Made by a program: the position numbers and the translations under genes. The notes under the pieces are model-generated. The model did not search any database and was not told the origin of the DNA. It saw nothing but the letters and a program-made list of their open reading frames with translations. A stretch of DNA of 64,000 nucleotides from Paraspadella gotoi (lineage: Eukaryota > Animalia > Chaetognatha), in assembly GCA_051294375.1 (NCBI GenBank), contig CM119271.1, forward strand, positions 11,997,620 through 12,061,619, in the 5' to 3' direction. Positions 1-11,336 of the stretch are shown piece after piece; the first letter of the stretch is position 1, and every line of letters begins with the position of its first letter.

Positions 1-230
1 TTCATATTGTAGTCGGGATTTTTCAACCCAGAAGAAATTCCCCTGAGTGAATAACCATTTTGGTTATGCAAGACCTCTAATATTATATTTAATATTATCA
101 TTAAACTCAAATTAATGTCAGACACTTAAAATTAAAAAATATAATATATATATTTAATTTTAATAATAACCGCTACATAATTAAATGGGGGGGTATCAAT
201 GGTCACGAATGACCACTTTTCGTCAAACAG

Positions 231-1481
231 ATCCGAAGACGAAGTGGATGGTCTGAGGTACTACGTGGACGGAACCACCGATAGCCTCTTCGAAAAATGG
301 TTTCATTGCGACGATCTGGCGAAGGATCTTCCACCAGTCATCAAAGAGTATTTTGCATCTGAGCAGGTAAAGTAAAAGATCATGGAAAGGTGCAATAGTA
401 CCCATGTTATTTTGGTGAAGCGATCGGTCGTAAGAGGAAAAAAAAAAAGCATTAAAACTATTCACAATTCCTTTTTTCTCAGCATCGAACTCAAAAACCG
501 ATCCCAGGAACCATCCCAGATCCTTGTCCGGTGAAGATCGACTCCACAACCAAGGTGAACGATCCCTTCCCACTTTCTGATTGGCTCCGTGACAACGCCG
601 GTCACCTCGACGACGTCGGTGCCAAGGAAATGTTCGGAAATTTGAAAGGAAGACAATTTCAAGTCCACGTTTATAAAGGTTAAAATCCTGTATTCGATCA
701 AGGAGCGAAAATGACAAAGAAAGAGTGAGAGAGAGAGAGATTGTATGATTGACCGATTGATTACGCGAGATGCCTTCCCCCCCCACTTCTTTAATTTCAG
801 GGACGACGCCGGCAAGGATCGATTCCATTGACGTCGCGGAGACTTTCGTCTGGCAACTCGCCGGTGATTGATGCCGACAATAACTCGAAACCGTGACAAT
901 GACATTCACCGAGTGACTCAACTGACACGAATATGGCAACTTCGGTCAATCCTAAATTCGACTCCCTGATAGCTACTTAGTAAAACTTAGCTCGTCCCAT
1001 TAACTTGGACAGCTAAGTACTCGCTTAAATCAACCGTGAGTTCCCAGTTCGATACCCTGACGCTGGTTAAGTGCGATGGTACCGGTTTAAGAACGCCATT
1101 AACATGGGGTGTTCAACTGTTCATAGCAGGTCCAAAGACCTGAGCGCCAGCTGTCGGGAGTTGCCTCATATCCAGGGCATCACAAACGTCCCACCCGTTG
1201 CCATACAAGCTTACGTATATACTCGCAGTGAAGCCGAAAGTCAAATTCTTTTTTAACTAGAATCCCAAAGACTAGTCCTCACCCCCCCCCCTCCCCCGCG
1301 CGCGACTTTCGGATATTTCTTTCCAGGTTCCAGCGTTTTATCGATGGCCGCAGAATCGGAGCCAATATCGTTGAAGACAAACTCGACGTTTCTGGTTCCC
1401 CAAGCGAAAAGTTTCGAGATGAGAAACGAGACGAAAGACGGCGTCTGCCTCGTGGCTCGACAAGATCCGAGGAGGAAATGA
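231..1481 (+). CDS. HAAO: 3-hydroxyanthranilate 3,4-dioxygenase, last four exons (5' part lies outside the window)
   Basis: Exons 231-366, 483-678, 801-863 and 1327-1481 have GT-AG boundaries in compatible phase. They translate to [26 protein letters not shown]...[16 protein letters not shown]...FVWQLAGSSVLSM...ARQDPRRK*, matching metazoan HAAO (DGLRYYV..LFEKWF..FFSSEQ..WLWQLEGSSV..QDP) as I recall it. Confidence 0.92.
943..1205 (+). mobile_element. tRNA-derived SINE-like repeat, family A, copy 1 (HAAO intron)
   Basis: Alignable along its length to the reverse complement of 12061-12314. Shared blocks include AATCCTAAATTCG, CTTGGACAGCTAAGTACTC and CCTGAGCGCCAGCTGTCGGGAG. Has a B-box-like GTTCGATACC. 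Confidence 0.7.
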
Positions 1482-1817
1482 AGGGGGGGGGGAATTCAAA
1501 TCATCTCATCCATTTCATAAAAGTACAACTCAAATGTAAAATTATACATTAGTTCAACGAATACTTAGCTATCTTACGCCCCGGACTATGGTGGAAATGA
1601 TGGGGTTTTTTTCCAATTATTGTCGAATATTTCGAGGTAATTTACTACTAATAACTATTAAATGAAACAACCTTTGCTTCTATTGATCTAGAAAAGGCGA
1701 AATTCACTATCAACAGAGAAAAACAGCGAGTCCTCTTGTAGTTAAAATAAAGTGCACAGCTGTACTTTTGACCCGTGATTCAATTGGCGCCGAAAGAGGC
1801 AAAGACTAGATAATATC

Positions 1818-4800
1818 TTATAGCTCGCTAGCACCTCGCGAAAAAGCCAAAGGTTTCAGACGCATACGCTCATTTTTTTAAAAAGTTTTCACGTCTCGAG
1901 GGTTTTTTCTCCGAAACCTCAATCTCCCGACTTCGCTTCTCTCTCACAGTCTCACCCCTTTCACGGTGAAGAGTGAAGAGAGTGAAGAGAGTGAAGAGTG
2001 AAGACTCACCCGCGATAAGTCTCAGGTTAGGAAATCTCTTCATCCCGAAGGCGAAGGTAGGCGCCGGCGCGGAGGGGATGATGGCGATGTGGTCACCGTG
2101 TCTGGTAAGAAGGATATCAAATCAAATATCAAATCTCATTTGCAAATATTGCATATTGAATATTGTATAATATTATACAATGTATATGTATATAAAATTG
2201 AAATTTTTTTCTCTTTTTAGAATTATTTTTTTTATTATTATAATTATTATTATCATTCCAAATATCATTTACATGATGTAATGATTATGTCTAATGAGAA
2301 TTGTGAAAAAAAATGGGAAAGAATGAAAGTACAATATATCCATCAAATATTGTTTCACATTTTTAATTAACTAAACCAGCAGCAACGGCCAACATCAGCA
2401 GCGCCCAACCGCAGCAGCGCCCAACATCAGCAGCGGCCAACAGCAGCAGCGGCCAACAGCAGCAGCGCTCAAAATCAGCAGTGCCCAACATCAGCGGCGG
2501 CCAACAGCAGCAGCAGCAGCAGCCAACATCAGCGGCAGCCAACAGCAGAAGCAGCCAACAGCAGAAGCAGCCAACAGCAGAAGCAGCCAACAGCAGAAGC
2601 AGCCAACAGCAGAAGCAGCCAACATCAGCAGCGGCCATCAGCAGCAGCGGCCATCAGCAGCAGCGGCCATCAGCAGCAGCGGCCATCAGCAGCAGCGTCC
2701 AACAGACATCGAGACGATTCCTACCTGTAGGACGAAATGTGCTTCTTGGTGGCCTTGCAGGGTTTGTAGGGGACGTCCATGGTGAGATTGGCTTGACGCC
2801 ACTTGTCGAATTCCGGAAATCGCCTCCTAGCGGCGTCCATCCGCGCCAGGCAGATGGCGCCCACCCAACGTTGCTGTTCGCGCCAGTTGTCCGCTGTTAT
2901 TTTCATATTCAAAATGTCGAATTCAAAATCGTTTTATAATTCAAAATTGCTTTAAAAAAGTGTTTCCTGGTTAAATTAATTATGTTAGTAAATCTAAAAG
3001 ACCCATAATACCTTTGAAATAGTAGACGCGATTTAAACCGTAGGGCTGTAGCGCCCAAAAGAAAGGAGGCTGAGGGCAATGAGGTGCTTGATCGATGCGA
3101 CATCTGGAAAAGAATTAATGAAATGAAAGGAAGGAAGGAACGAATTTATGAATGAAAATATTAATAAATCAATGAATGAATAAATGAATTGAGGAAACAA
3201 ATGAACGATTGAATAAAATATACCTATCGATGGGAATTTCCGCGATGATCGGTTTTCGCTTCTGCGACATTTTCCAGATGTGGTGCGAAAATCCTCCTTT
3301 GAGCGACTGAAACCCGTTGGCCCCGTTGGCGCCGAGTTGACCGTGCTGCTGCGGCCCGCCGCGAGTCGTCCACTCCTGCGGCGTCGGCTTGAGCGGCTCC
3401 GCCCGCTCCGTCAGCGACAGCCGACGCAGCAGTTCGCGCATTTCCTAGAAAAGTCCACGAATTTGAGTGAGAGCGAGCAAATTACGGGAAGAGAGAGAGA
3501 GAGAGAGAGAGAATACTTTAATCCAAATTCTTGATTATAATCGCTACTTAGCAATAAAAAAGGCAACAAAAGCACAAAAGGGATGACAATTATAATTAAA
3601 GTCGAGTTAAAAAAAAACAACCTTTTTCTTGTTGTACGCGTCGTCGCCGTTTTCCTTGGCGACGCCGTTTCCGCCATTGACGCCGTTTTCTCCCGGCGGC
3701 GCCTTCTCGGCGGCGTCGTCCGGCTCCTCGTGGGTCGACTCCCCGTTGGTCTTGTCCTCTAGAGGTTTTTTTTTTCAAGACCCGGATGTTCGGTCGCGGC
3801 GTCAAGTCCCCGGATGTGGAGGGCGGGGAAGTCAGGGTCGTCGTCGCTGCGAAAGGGCGGGGGAAGGGGGAAGGGGGGGGAAGGGGGGAGGGAGAGAAAG
3901 AATTTCCGAGTAAATAAAATATTTAAGGGAAAACCAGCAGTAGACACATTCGGCTTTTTATATAGATGACAACACAGAAATTGCTAGTGGCAAAAAAAGC
4001 CTCGTTTTAAAATATGAAGGAACATTTAAAGCGGAGCACGTCACGTGCGTATCGTGCGCTGCGTGCGACGCGTGCAGCGGAAGCGAAGGAATTTTTTTTT
4101 CCATGCAAAGAAACGACGAGAAAAATATTGATAAGATGAATGAATCGTTTCTTCGTTTTAATTTACATTTTTTAAAAAAGCTTTTTACTAACAAATCAAT
4201 TTTAAAAAATTTGTTTTCCCTTAATACCAAAATACGTACACAATCCCTCATGCAGTTTTTTTTTTTTTTTTTTTTGAATTAATTCACGCGTGTACGTATT
4301 CAATACTGTACATTAAATATGAGATGATCGCTATATATGGTGGTGAGGAACTTGAACATTTCTGGATGAGCGCAGGATTGAATGCATGAACGTCATCGTG
4401 ATTTGGAACTAATCGCAAATGTTAAAACTTAAAAATTAAACAGAAGGGAGATTCTATATTCAGAAGGAAGATTCAGCATTCATAAGGGAGATTCAGCATT
4501 CAGAAGGGTGATTCAGTATTCAGAAAGGAGATTCAGCGTTCATAAGGGAGATTCAGCATTCATAGGGAGATTCAGCATTCAGAAGGGTGATTCAGCATTC
4601 ATAAGGGAGATTCAGCATTCAGAAGGGAGATTCAGCATTCAGAAGGGAGATTCAGCATTCAAAAGGGAGATTCAGCATTCAAAAGGGAGATTCAGCATTC
4701 AAAAGGGAGATTCAGCATTCAAAAGGGAGATTCAGCATTCAGAAGGGAGATTCAGCATTCAAAAGGGAGATTCAGCATTCAAAAGGGAGATTCAGCATTC

Positions 4801-7800
4801 AGTGAGTGAAATGTCAGATTTCGATTTGAGCAATGTAAATTTCGCCGAAACCCGCGCGATCCCTTATTCACCATTCGGGGGGGGGGGAGACACTCTGTTC
4901 TTTCTTTTTACCTGATCCGAACATCTGGCGTCTCTCGCCCTCTATGTTTTGCAGAGCGAGCGGGGTAGGGATCGGTCCCCGTGGGGAGCTCGATGGGAGG
5001 GAGAGAATACCCCTAGGGGTCGGGGTAGCGGTGGATCGACCTCTGAGGGTAGAAGTCTGAAAGGTAGGGAGACTGGGGACCACGTCCAAAGGGGCGGACT
5101 CGGTGGTCGGGACGGAAGACTCATCGTTGGAAACGGACTCTAGCGGAGGAAGCGCGAACGGAGATTGAAGAGTGGAAAACAAAAGGCCATCGGGAGATAT
5201 TGTCGAGTTAAAAACTCAGAAAATCAGCGGTTAATGACTACTTTAAGCCTGTAAGCTACTTAAAGAGAAGCGATAAAAATTTAACAAAAATAAAAGCTTT
5301 GGAAAAATATAAGGTACGTAAAATATTCTTCATTCATTTAATAAACAAACTATGTTGCCACTGCCTTGGTGATGGGCCTCTCTCACAAAGAAACATAGCA
5401 AGAAACCGTCAAGCTTTTAATCAAGACTCTCTCATCAATTCTCAGAGTACCTGGCCTTTTATATATAAATGAGGTATAATATTGTTAATTAACCGTTTCA
5501 ATTGTATATTATATTTTTAAGTTATATATATAATTGATGTAAAAAAAGTGAACTGACCAATGGAGGAGATTCCGGGTCCGGTGCCCTCGTAGGCCTGACC
5601 CCAGGGCTCGGCCGGGTGGGCGGCGATGGTGATGATTTCGTCTTTGGTGTGGTCGATGGAGTTGCCGAATACTTGGGGCGAGTGAGCGTAGCGCAGCGTG
5701 TAATTGCGAAGGTCGCAGTACCGTCTTTTCCAACGACCTCGTGGAAGAAACAGTTTAAACCACAAGGACTTAAACGAAGAGCGACCGGGTTGTAAAATTT
5801 TTTTTTTTTACCCCGATAGAGAACAATTTGACTTTTTTATTAACCAATTTCAAAGTTTCGAGCTTGACTTTTTTTTTTAATATCTGAAGATTTTCTTTAG
5901 ATATATGGTAGATTTCTTAGGACCTTGTCATTAAGCCGTTGGTTCCCATTAAACTAATTTATTTTTAAAGCAACATTTCCTTGTTTCAATAAGACACAGG
6001 AGTAAATGAATTGAAATGAGACGGACCAAATGGACGAAGATGGACCGACGTACCGACTCAGTGCCTCTCACCAGTTAGTTTGCCTCTCATCCAGAGCCAA
6101 CCCGACATTTCCTTCTCCTCCTTTGGGAGGAGATGCTCGATGCCCAAAATATCCATCGACGATGTGGAGTAGGACCATTGACGAGCCAATCCGCGCAAGG
6201 GGCAAAAGTGGCTGAGGGGAGGAAAAGAATCTCAATCTCAGATGCATATTGTACACTAATGTACAGTAATGTACACTAATGTACAGTAAAGCGTAGACAA
6301 AAAAATTAAAATCAAATAGATTCAAAATTCGAATAGTAGATCATGAAGATGAACATTTTTAAATAAACAAAATTATTTATTATTTATTAATTTTTGCAGT
6401 AGCCTAAATTTACGCATAGTACTCGCCATAGAAAATGTCAAAATTTTAAAATGGTTTTTTCTTAGTTTAGATTTATTAATGAATTCCTTTTCAAAATAGA
6501 ACAATTTTAAACCCGCCGCTAAAAAAATGCTTCCATTTGCAAACCTGTAAAGATTTTTTCAATGTTAAATACTAATTTTAAAATAAAAACTATTCAATTT
6601 TATATTTATATAAGTTTCCAACAAAGAATTGAGTAAAGGATAGTGGTCAGATGTGATGACAGGTGAAGGTAAGGACAGGAAAGAAGGAGTAAGTATTGTG
6701 AAATGGTGAAAATGAGAGTGAGAGAGAGAGAGAGAAATCAATAATTTGGCAATGTACAACAAATATAAATAAGTAGACTTGGAAAATATTAGCTAAAGGA
6801 ATAATAGTAACAAAAAGAATAAATAAATAATTTAAGTGAAAATGAAAATGAAAAGTAGATGAAAATATGTAAGTGAGGGATAGATAAGTTAGTAAAAAAT
6901 AAGTTAAATAAGTTAAATAAAGAAAGAGCTCAAAGCCGGGCAAATGGGGGACGTTGGCGATATGGGTTATAGGTTGAGAGGATGTTTTTGTAGAGTGCGA
7001 CATGTTGGGGTCGGGCAGTGAACCGCCTGGGAATATGCCGAGAGATACTCGAATATCTCTTTGGTCTGATGGGCCTACCGAAAGCCCTCCTCTCACCTGC
7101 CGGTGAGGTGGGCGATTGCCTGTTCTTGCCTGTTTAGGTGCAGGAGTTTAGATGAAGCGATTTTGATATGTCTTAGCAATGATCGCAGGAAGATAGATTT
7201 GAAAACCCTCTCTCATTTTTATAATTATAATAATTATACATAGTACTAATCCAATAAATGTTAAAATTTCCAAATAGTTTTTTAAAAGTAGGATTTTTTG
7301 TAGATTTGGATTCGTCATGAAAAGTTTATATAAAGAAATATAACTCTTTTTTAAAAATTATTTCATTAAGTTTGTCAAATATCAGAAAAACCTATATTTT
7401 AAGCTGAAAATTCTAATTTTATATGTTAAATATAGTTTTTTAAATTTTTAACCCACTTAATGAAAAATTTTGAAAAGTGATTTTGTGTTACTCCTTTCGC
7501 TTCGTTGTTTTATATTTTCTTTTATCAACTTTTGACAAGGAATTCAAATCTGCAATCAAAATTGAGAAAAGCCTAGTTTAAAATTGTTCGATTTTATAAG
7601 GATAGTACTATATAGCCTACTGCAAAAATTAAAAAATTAAAAAATATTTTTTATTACAAATTTTTGGTTCTTTATGGAACCGGGATTCTTCATAGGTTCT
7701 TCCCCACCAACAAGTGAGCATCTGCTCTCGAAACGCGACATCTCCCGAGAGAAAAACGAAGAGGAAAACTCCTCTTCCCCGCCTTCTCTTCCCCCTCCCG

Positions 7801-10474
7801 TACGCTACCTCAGTACGCCGACACGAGACAGAATCACCGTAGCCAAGCAAACCAAGAGGGGGAATCCCGCGAAGACTTCCGGTGACGTGCCACGCCCACT
7901 TGACCGGACGTCGTAGAAGGGGGGGATGAGAAACCGCAAAAAACCAGTCCATGGACGAAAGCCGGGCCTGGAGAACCTGACGGCCAGACGAGGCAACGGC
8001 CGAAAGAGCTGTCGGGCGATCAGTCGGCGTCCTTAGACGTCCCTGGAGCCCCGCCCCTACGCTTGGGAGGCGGCGAAGACTTGCGAGGCCGGTAGGGACG
8101 GCGAGCGGGACTACGCGGACTGCCACGCCCACGCTTGCGGCTAGCAGAACAGGCGCAATGTGTGGCGCCCCGGAGCGGAGAAGCGAAGAATGGAACGCTT
8201 GAGTGACGTCTGTGGAGCGGTCTCCGAAAAAGAACGACGTGGAGGGCGGAGAACTGGACAGAACTGTCTTGAGATCCGAAGGGCAGCGTCGACAACTAAG
8301 CGCCGAGACTCGGAGAGGGCCGAACCAAAAATCGCCGCCAAACCCGACAGAGCGTCTCCAAGGGGCTTGGCAAGATCGTCAAGGTGGCCTGCGTCCACTG
8401 CACCGGGCCCTCCGAGCGTAGGGCCTCAACCATGAGGCGGAGAGCGACAGCGACAGAAAGGACAGCATGAGCGGACGCTCCGGCATCCCTCATGATGCGC
8501 TCAAAAGCCTTGAAAGCGCGCGTCGTCTTGGAGTCCTTCCGAACGGCGTCGAACTGAGCGGCAAGGCAACTCTCTTGAGCAGGAGGACGAAACTCCGCCG
8601 GCGAAGAAACATCCGACCAGCGCCGGAAACGCGTATTGGCGGAAAGCACGTCCACGACGGTAAAAGAACGTCGTCCTGGCCAACTCTGCGCAAATCCTTC
8701 CACTGCTGCAGGACCCACTCCGAAGGCTGTATAGAAGCACGACGAGACAAGAAGTTGTCAAAACCCGCAGCAGACTCTTCAGAGGAGGAACCCTCCTCTG
8801 ATCCGGAAACGGAGGCGTCGTCGTCGACTTGCGCAGACGGGGCTCGACGAGGAAGGCGTGACGCAGTCACCTGCTCGGAGCGCGAAGGCCGATCCGCCGC
8901 CGAAAGAGGCCGCCAAAGAACGCGAAGACTCCAAGTCGCTGGCGAACAAACGAAGATCGACGAAGAACGGCGAAATGGCGAACAGAGGCGTCCAAGAACC
9001 ATGAAGAAAACGTACATGGAAAAAAAGAGAAATCATTGAAAAATGACAGTCTCAAAAAGGAACCCCAAAAAACACCCACCAAACAAGACAAGCGAGCCTG
9101 AGCCGCCCTCCACCACCGGTGGTGCCAGGGGTGGACGGTGGGTGGTTGTTGGTGGGGAAGAACCATGAAGAATCCCGGTTCCATAAAGAACCAAAAATTC
9201 TATCATGTAGTTCTTCCCCACCAACAAGTGAGCTGTAACAAGACCAGGCGAAGGCCCGACAAAAAACAAACAAACAAAGTCGAGTTAGGTGGGGCACAGG
9301 AGGAAAACCCCTCTGTACGCCGAATGTACGCCAAAAAAAAGGCGAAAAAACCAAAAACGAAAAAGAAAGAAGTACTCACCGCCGAAGACTCTCCAACTCG
9401 GAACGAGACGAGCGGCGAAACTCCTTAAATTCGCGACGAACGCTAGAAAGAGCGTTGCTAATTTGGAGTAGAACTGCCTCCATCTGAAGGGGCATGACTT
9501 CGGCCTGACCAGAAAAGCCCGGAATGGCTGAGGGGTGGAGGCGGTGGAGGCGGCGGCGAAGGCGGCGGCGGAAGAGACATGAGGGTAGTCGAGTTGAAAA
9601 CACGCGCCTCAGTCCAAAAAACGGAGAGCACTGGACAAACAAGGGGCCGAAACAAGGTTCTTCCCCCTGCAGCCGTACTAAGCGCCGAGGGCAAACGAGA
9701 GGGCCGAGTCGCGGCTCTTCCTCCGCAGCCGCGCAGGGTGCGTCGAGGGCAAGCGAAAGGGCCGAGTCAAGGCTCTTCCCTCCGAAGCCACGCACAACGA
9801 AGACGAAAAAGATGGCGGCCGTGAAGAGAGAACTTCAAAAAAGCCACGTGTTGAAGAATATCTGTATTCTGAACTCCAAAAAAAGAGAAACGAAAAATAT
9901 GCAAAATTATTTCAACAAAAATAATCAAAAAATATTTTCGTAAAAAAGCCGGGAGACTGTGAGCGCAAAGGCGCGAACAGAAGAAGTGATTCTGTCTCGT
10001 GTCGGCGTACTGAGGTAGCGTACGGAGGGGGAAGAGAAGGCGGGAAAGAGGAGTTTTCCTCTTCGTTTTCTCTCGGGAGATGTCGCGTTTCGAGAGCAGA
10101 TGCTCACTTGTTGGTGGGGAAGAACTACATGATAGAATTAATGTTCACTGATCCTATGTTGTTCATAATTGACTTTTAGAATTTTCATAACTTTCACTAC
10201 GCTCTAATATAGGTATTTCATTGTAGTATTGTAGCTTTACAAATGGAAATATTCTTCTTAACCTGAAAGACTCTCAGCAGAGATAAAAACAAAATATAGG
10301 CCATAGAAAAAAAAAACCAATCTCCGCAGCGCGAGTTAAGGTTCATGACTTCACAAGACCCAAAATACACGCATATTACTCAATAGATTAAAGAGCTCGA
10401 TCTCATTACACAACTTACCTTTCGCAATTGTGTAATGGAACTTCTTTCTTGATTGGTTTCCCCTCTTCGTCCAT
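1818..10474 (-). CDS. Uncharacterised protein with a split PH domain (about 500 aa, 11 predicted coding exons)
   Basis: Exons 10474-10419, 7171-7097, 6211-6072, 5737-5558, 5139-4912, 3846-3622, 3444-3224, 3103-3012, 2893-2725, 2101-2010 and 1834-1818. Phases are compatible except for one extra base in the A10 run at 3766-3775. The PH N-half is MSGWLWMRGKLTGRWKRRYCDLRNYTLRY; the C-half is IIAEIPIDRCRID...FWALQPYGLNRVYYFKADNWREQQRWVGAI. The last two exons are less certain. Confidence 0.72.
2375..2703. repeat. CAG/CAA-rich compound tandem repeat (intronic)
   Basis: Repeated cagcagcggccaa / aacagcagaagcagcc units lie between predicted exons 2725 and 2101. Confidence 0.85.
4441..4801. repeat. 20-bp minisatellite, about 18 copies
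   Basis: Unit CA(G/A/T)AAGGGAGATTCAGCATT repeated head-to-tail with no spacers. Confidence 0.95.
5330..5507. repeat. Dispersed ~180-bp repeat, copy 1 (copy 2 at ~53900-54090; a fragment at ~1560-1600)
   Basis: Blocks TTCATTTAATAAA, TAATCAAGACTCTCTCA, GGTATAATATT and TTTCAATTGTAT occur in the same order in both copies. Confidence 0.7.
6612..6760 (-). mobile_element. Truncated second copy of the Penelope-like repeat at 50227-50370 (no ribozyme part)
   Basis: The reverse complement shares GTACATTGC, CCATTTCAC, CTGTCCTT.CCTTCACCTGTC.TCAC.TCTGACCACTAT and CTTTGTTGGAAACTT with 50227-50370. Confidence 0.7.
7659..10139 (-). mobile_element. Non-autonomous DIRS1-like (tyrosine-recombinase class) retroelement in intron 1 of the split-PH gene
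   Basis: About 140-bp inverted terminal repeats at 7696-7837 and 9986-10125, each with a unique outer extension. An internal region at 9146-9233 equals the reverse complement of the left end joined to the reverse complement of the right end. AATT occurs at both ends and once at that junction. Frameshifted gag-like ORF pieces lie on the minus strand; I see no RT, RNase H or YR motifs. Confidence 0.85.
9146..9233. other. Internal complementary region (ICR; circle-junction template) of the DIRS-like element
   Basis: TTGTTGGTGGGGAAGAACCATGAAGAATCCCGGTTCCATAAAGAACCAAAAATT matches the reverse complement of 7659-7713 (1-nt indel). AATTCTATCATGTAGTTCTTCCCCACCAACAAGTGAGC matches the reverse complement of 10102-10139. 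Confidence 0.9.
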
Positions 10475-10699
10475 TGATCCAATTTATTGCCGGAAAGTGG
10501 GTGGGTAGGGATTATTATTCTTGTTGTCGGGCCGATTGAGGACGTGATTATAAAACTGTCGAATCCAAAGCTTTAGCCAATCGATGGTTGACCCAGGGGA
10601 TTAAATCTGCCAATGGGATTTGTCGATATTGAAGTCGATTGTTGGGTGGCTGGAATCGTTGAGATGATTCTCGAGTGGTTACAATCCATCGCAGTCTAT

Positions 10700-10995
10700 C
10701 TTGGAATCGATTTTAGTCAATCGTCGAGTGGATGAAATTGATCTGAGTCGATCATGGAGTGGATGGAGTCGAACATTGAGTGGTTGGAATCAAATTGATT
10801 GGTTGGATTAAATTGATCCGAGTCGATCGACGAGTGTATAGAAAAAATCCAAGTTGGTCATCGAGTAGACAGAATCGATTCAAGTCGATTGACAAGTGGA
10901 TGAAATTGATCCTAGTCAATTGTCGAATAGAAGTCAATCCGAGTCGATCCTTGAGTTTATGGAATCGATCTGAGTCGATTGAAGAGTGGATGATC
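10700..10995. repeat. Degenerate tandem repeat (GAGTCGAT / GTGGATGAAATTGATC motifs) upstream of the split-PH start codon
   Basis: gtggatgaaattgatc and gagtcgat recur several times. Confidence 0.6.
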
Positions 10996-11336
10996 GCCTC
11001 ATCTCATCGATTCTCTTTTTTTCTTATTTTTTGTGAGATCGAGTGTTCCTGTGTATTTGGTTGTTTTTTTTTTCTAAGTGTTTCTACGTCTGTGCGAGTC
11101 TGCCTAATCTGCTTTTAAATAAACAGAAGAATAAAGCAAAACGACACTTCATTTACAGTAGTTTCGAAAAAACAAATTCTTATTACGTATTAACTACAAT
11201 ACATACAAAACGTTTCCACAAAAATTTTATTATTTCAATTATGTTATTTTTTTCCCCGTCTTGCAAAAGAATTTAATTCAATCCCTTTGCCAACCCCCTT
11301 CTCTTCTCATTCCTTTTAATCCCATCCCTTCTAATC

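Noticed and set aside
231-366. Chromodomain-like look of YYV...W...DL...P.VIKEY
   Set aside because: The downstream exons identify the gene as HAAO.
223-939. 238-aa minus-strand ORF
   Set aside because: Antisense to HAAO exons and introns; the plus-strand spliced frame has clear homology.
2363-2939. Poly-Q/Ala and Cys/Leu-rich ORFs
   Set aside because: Translations of an intronic CAG-type repeat.
4441-4801. Regular repeat resembling a CRISPR array, and ORF 4508-4915
   Set aside because: Units are contiguous with no unique spacers, the context is a eukaryotic intron, and the ORF is just the translated minisatellite.
7060-7090. CTGATG...GAAA hammerhead-like motif
   Set aside because: The core reads CTGATGG, and I find no stem I/III or NUH cleavage site.
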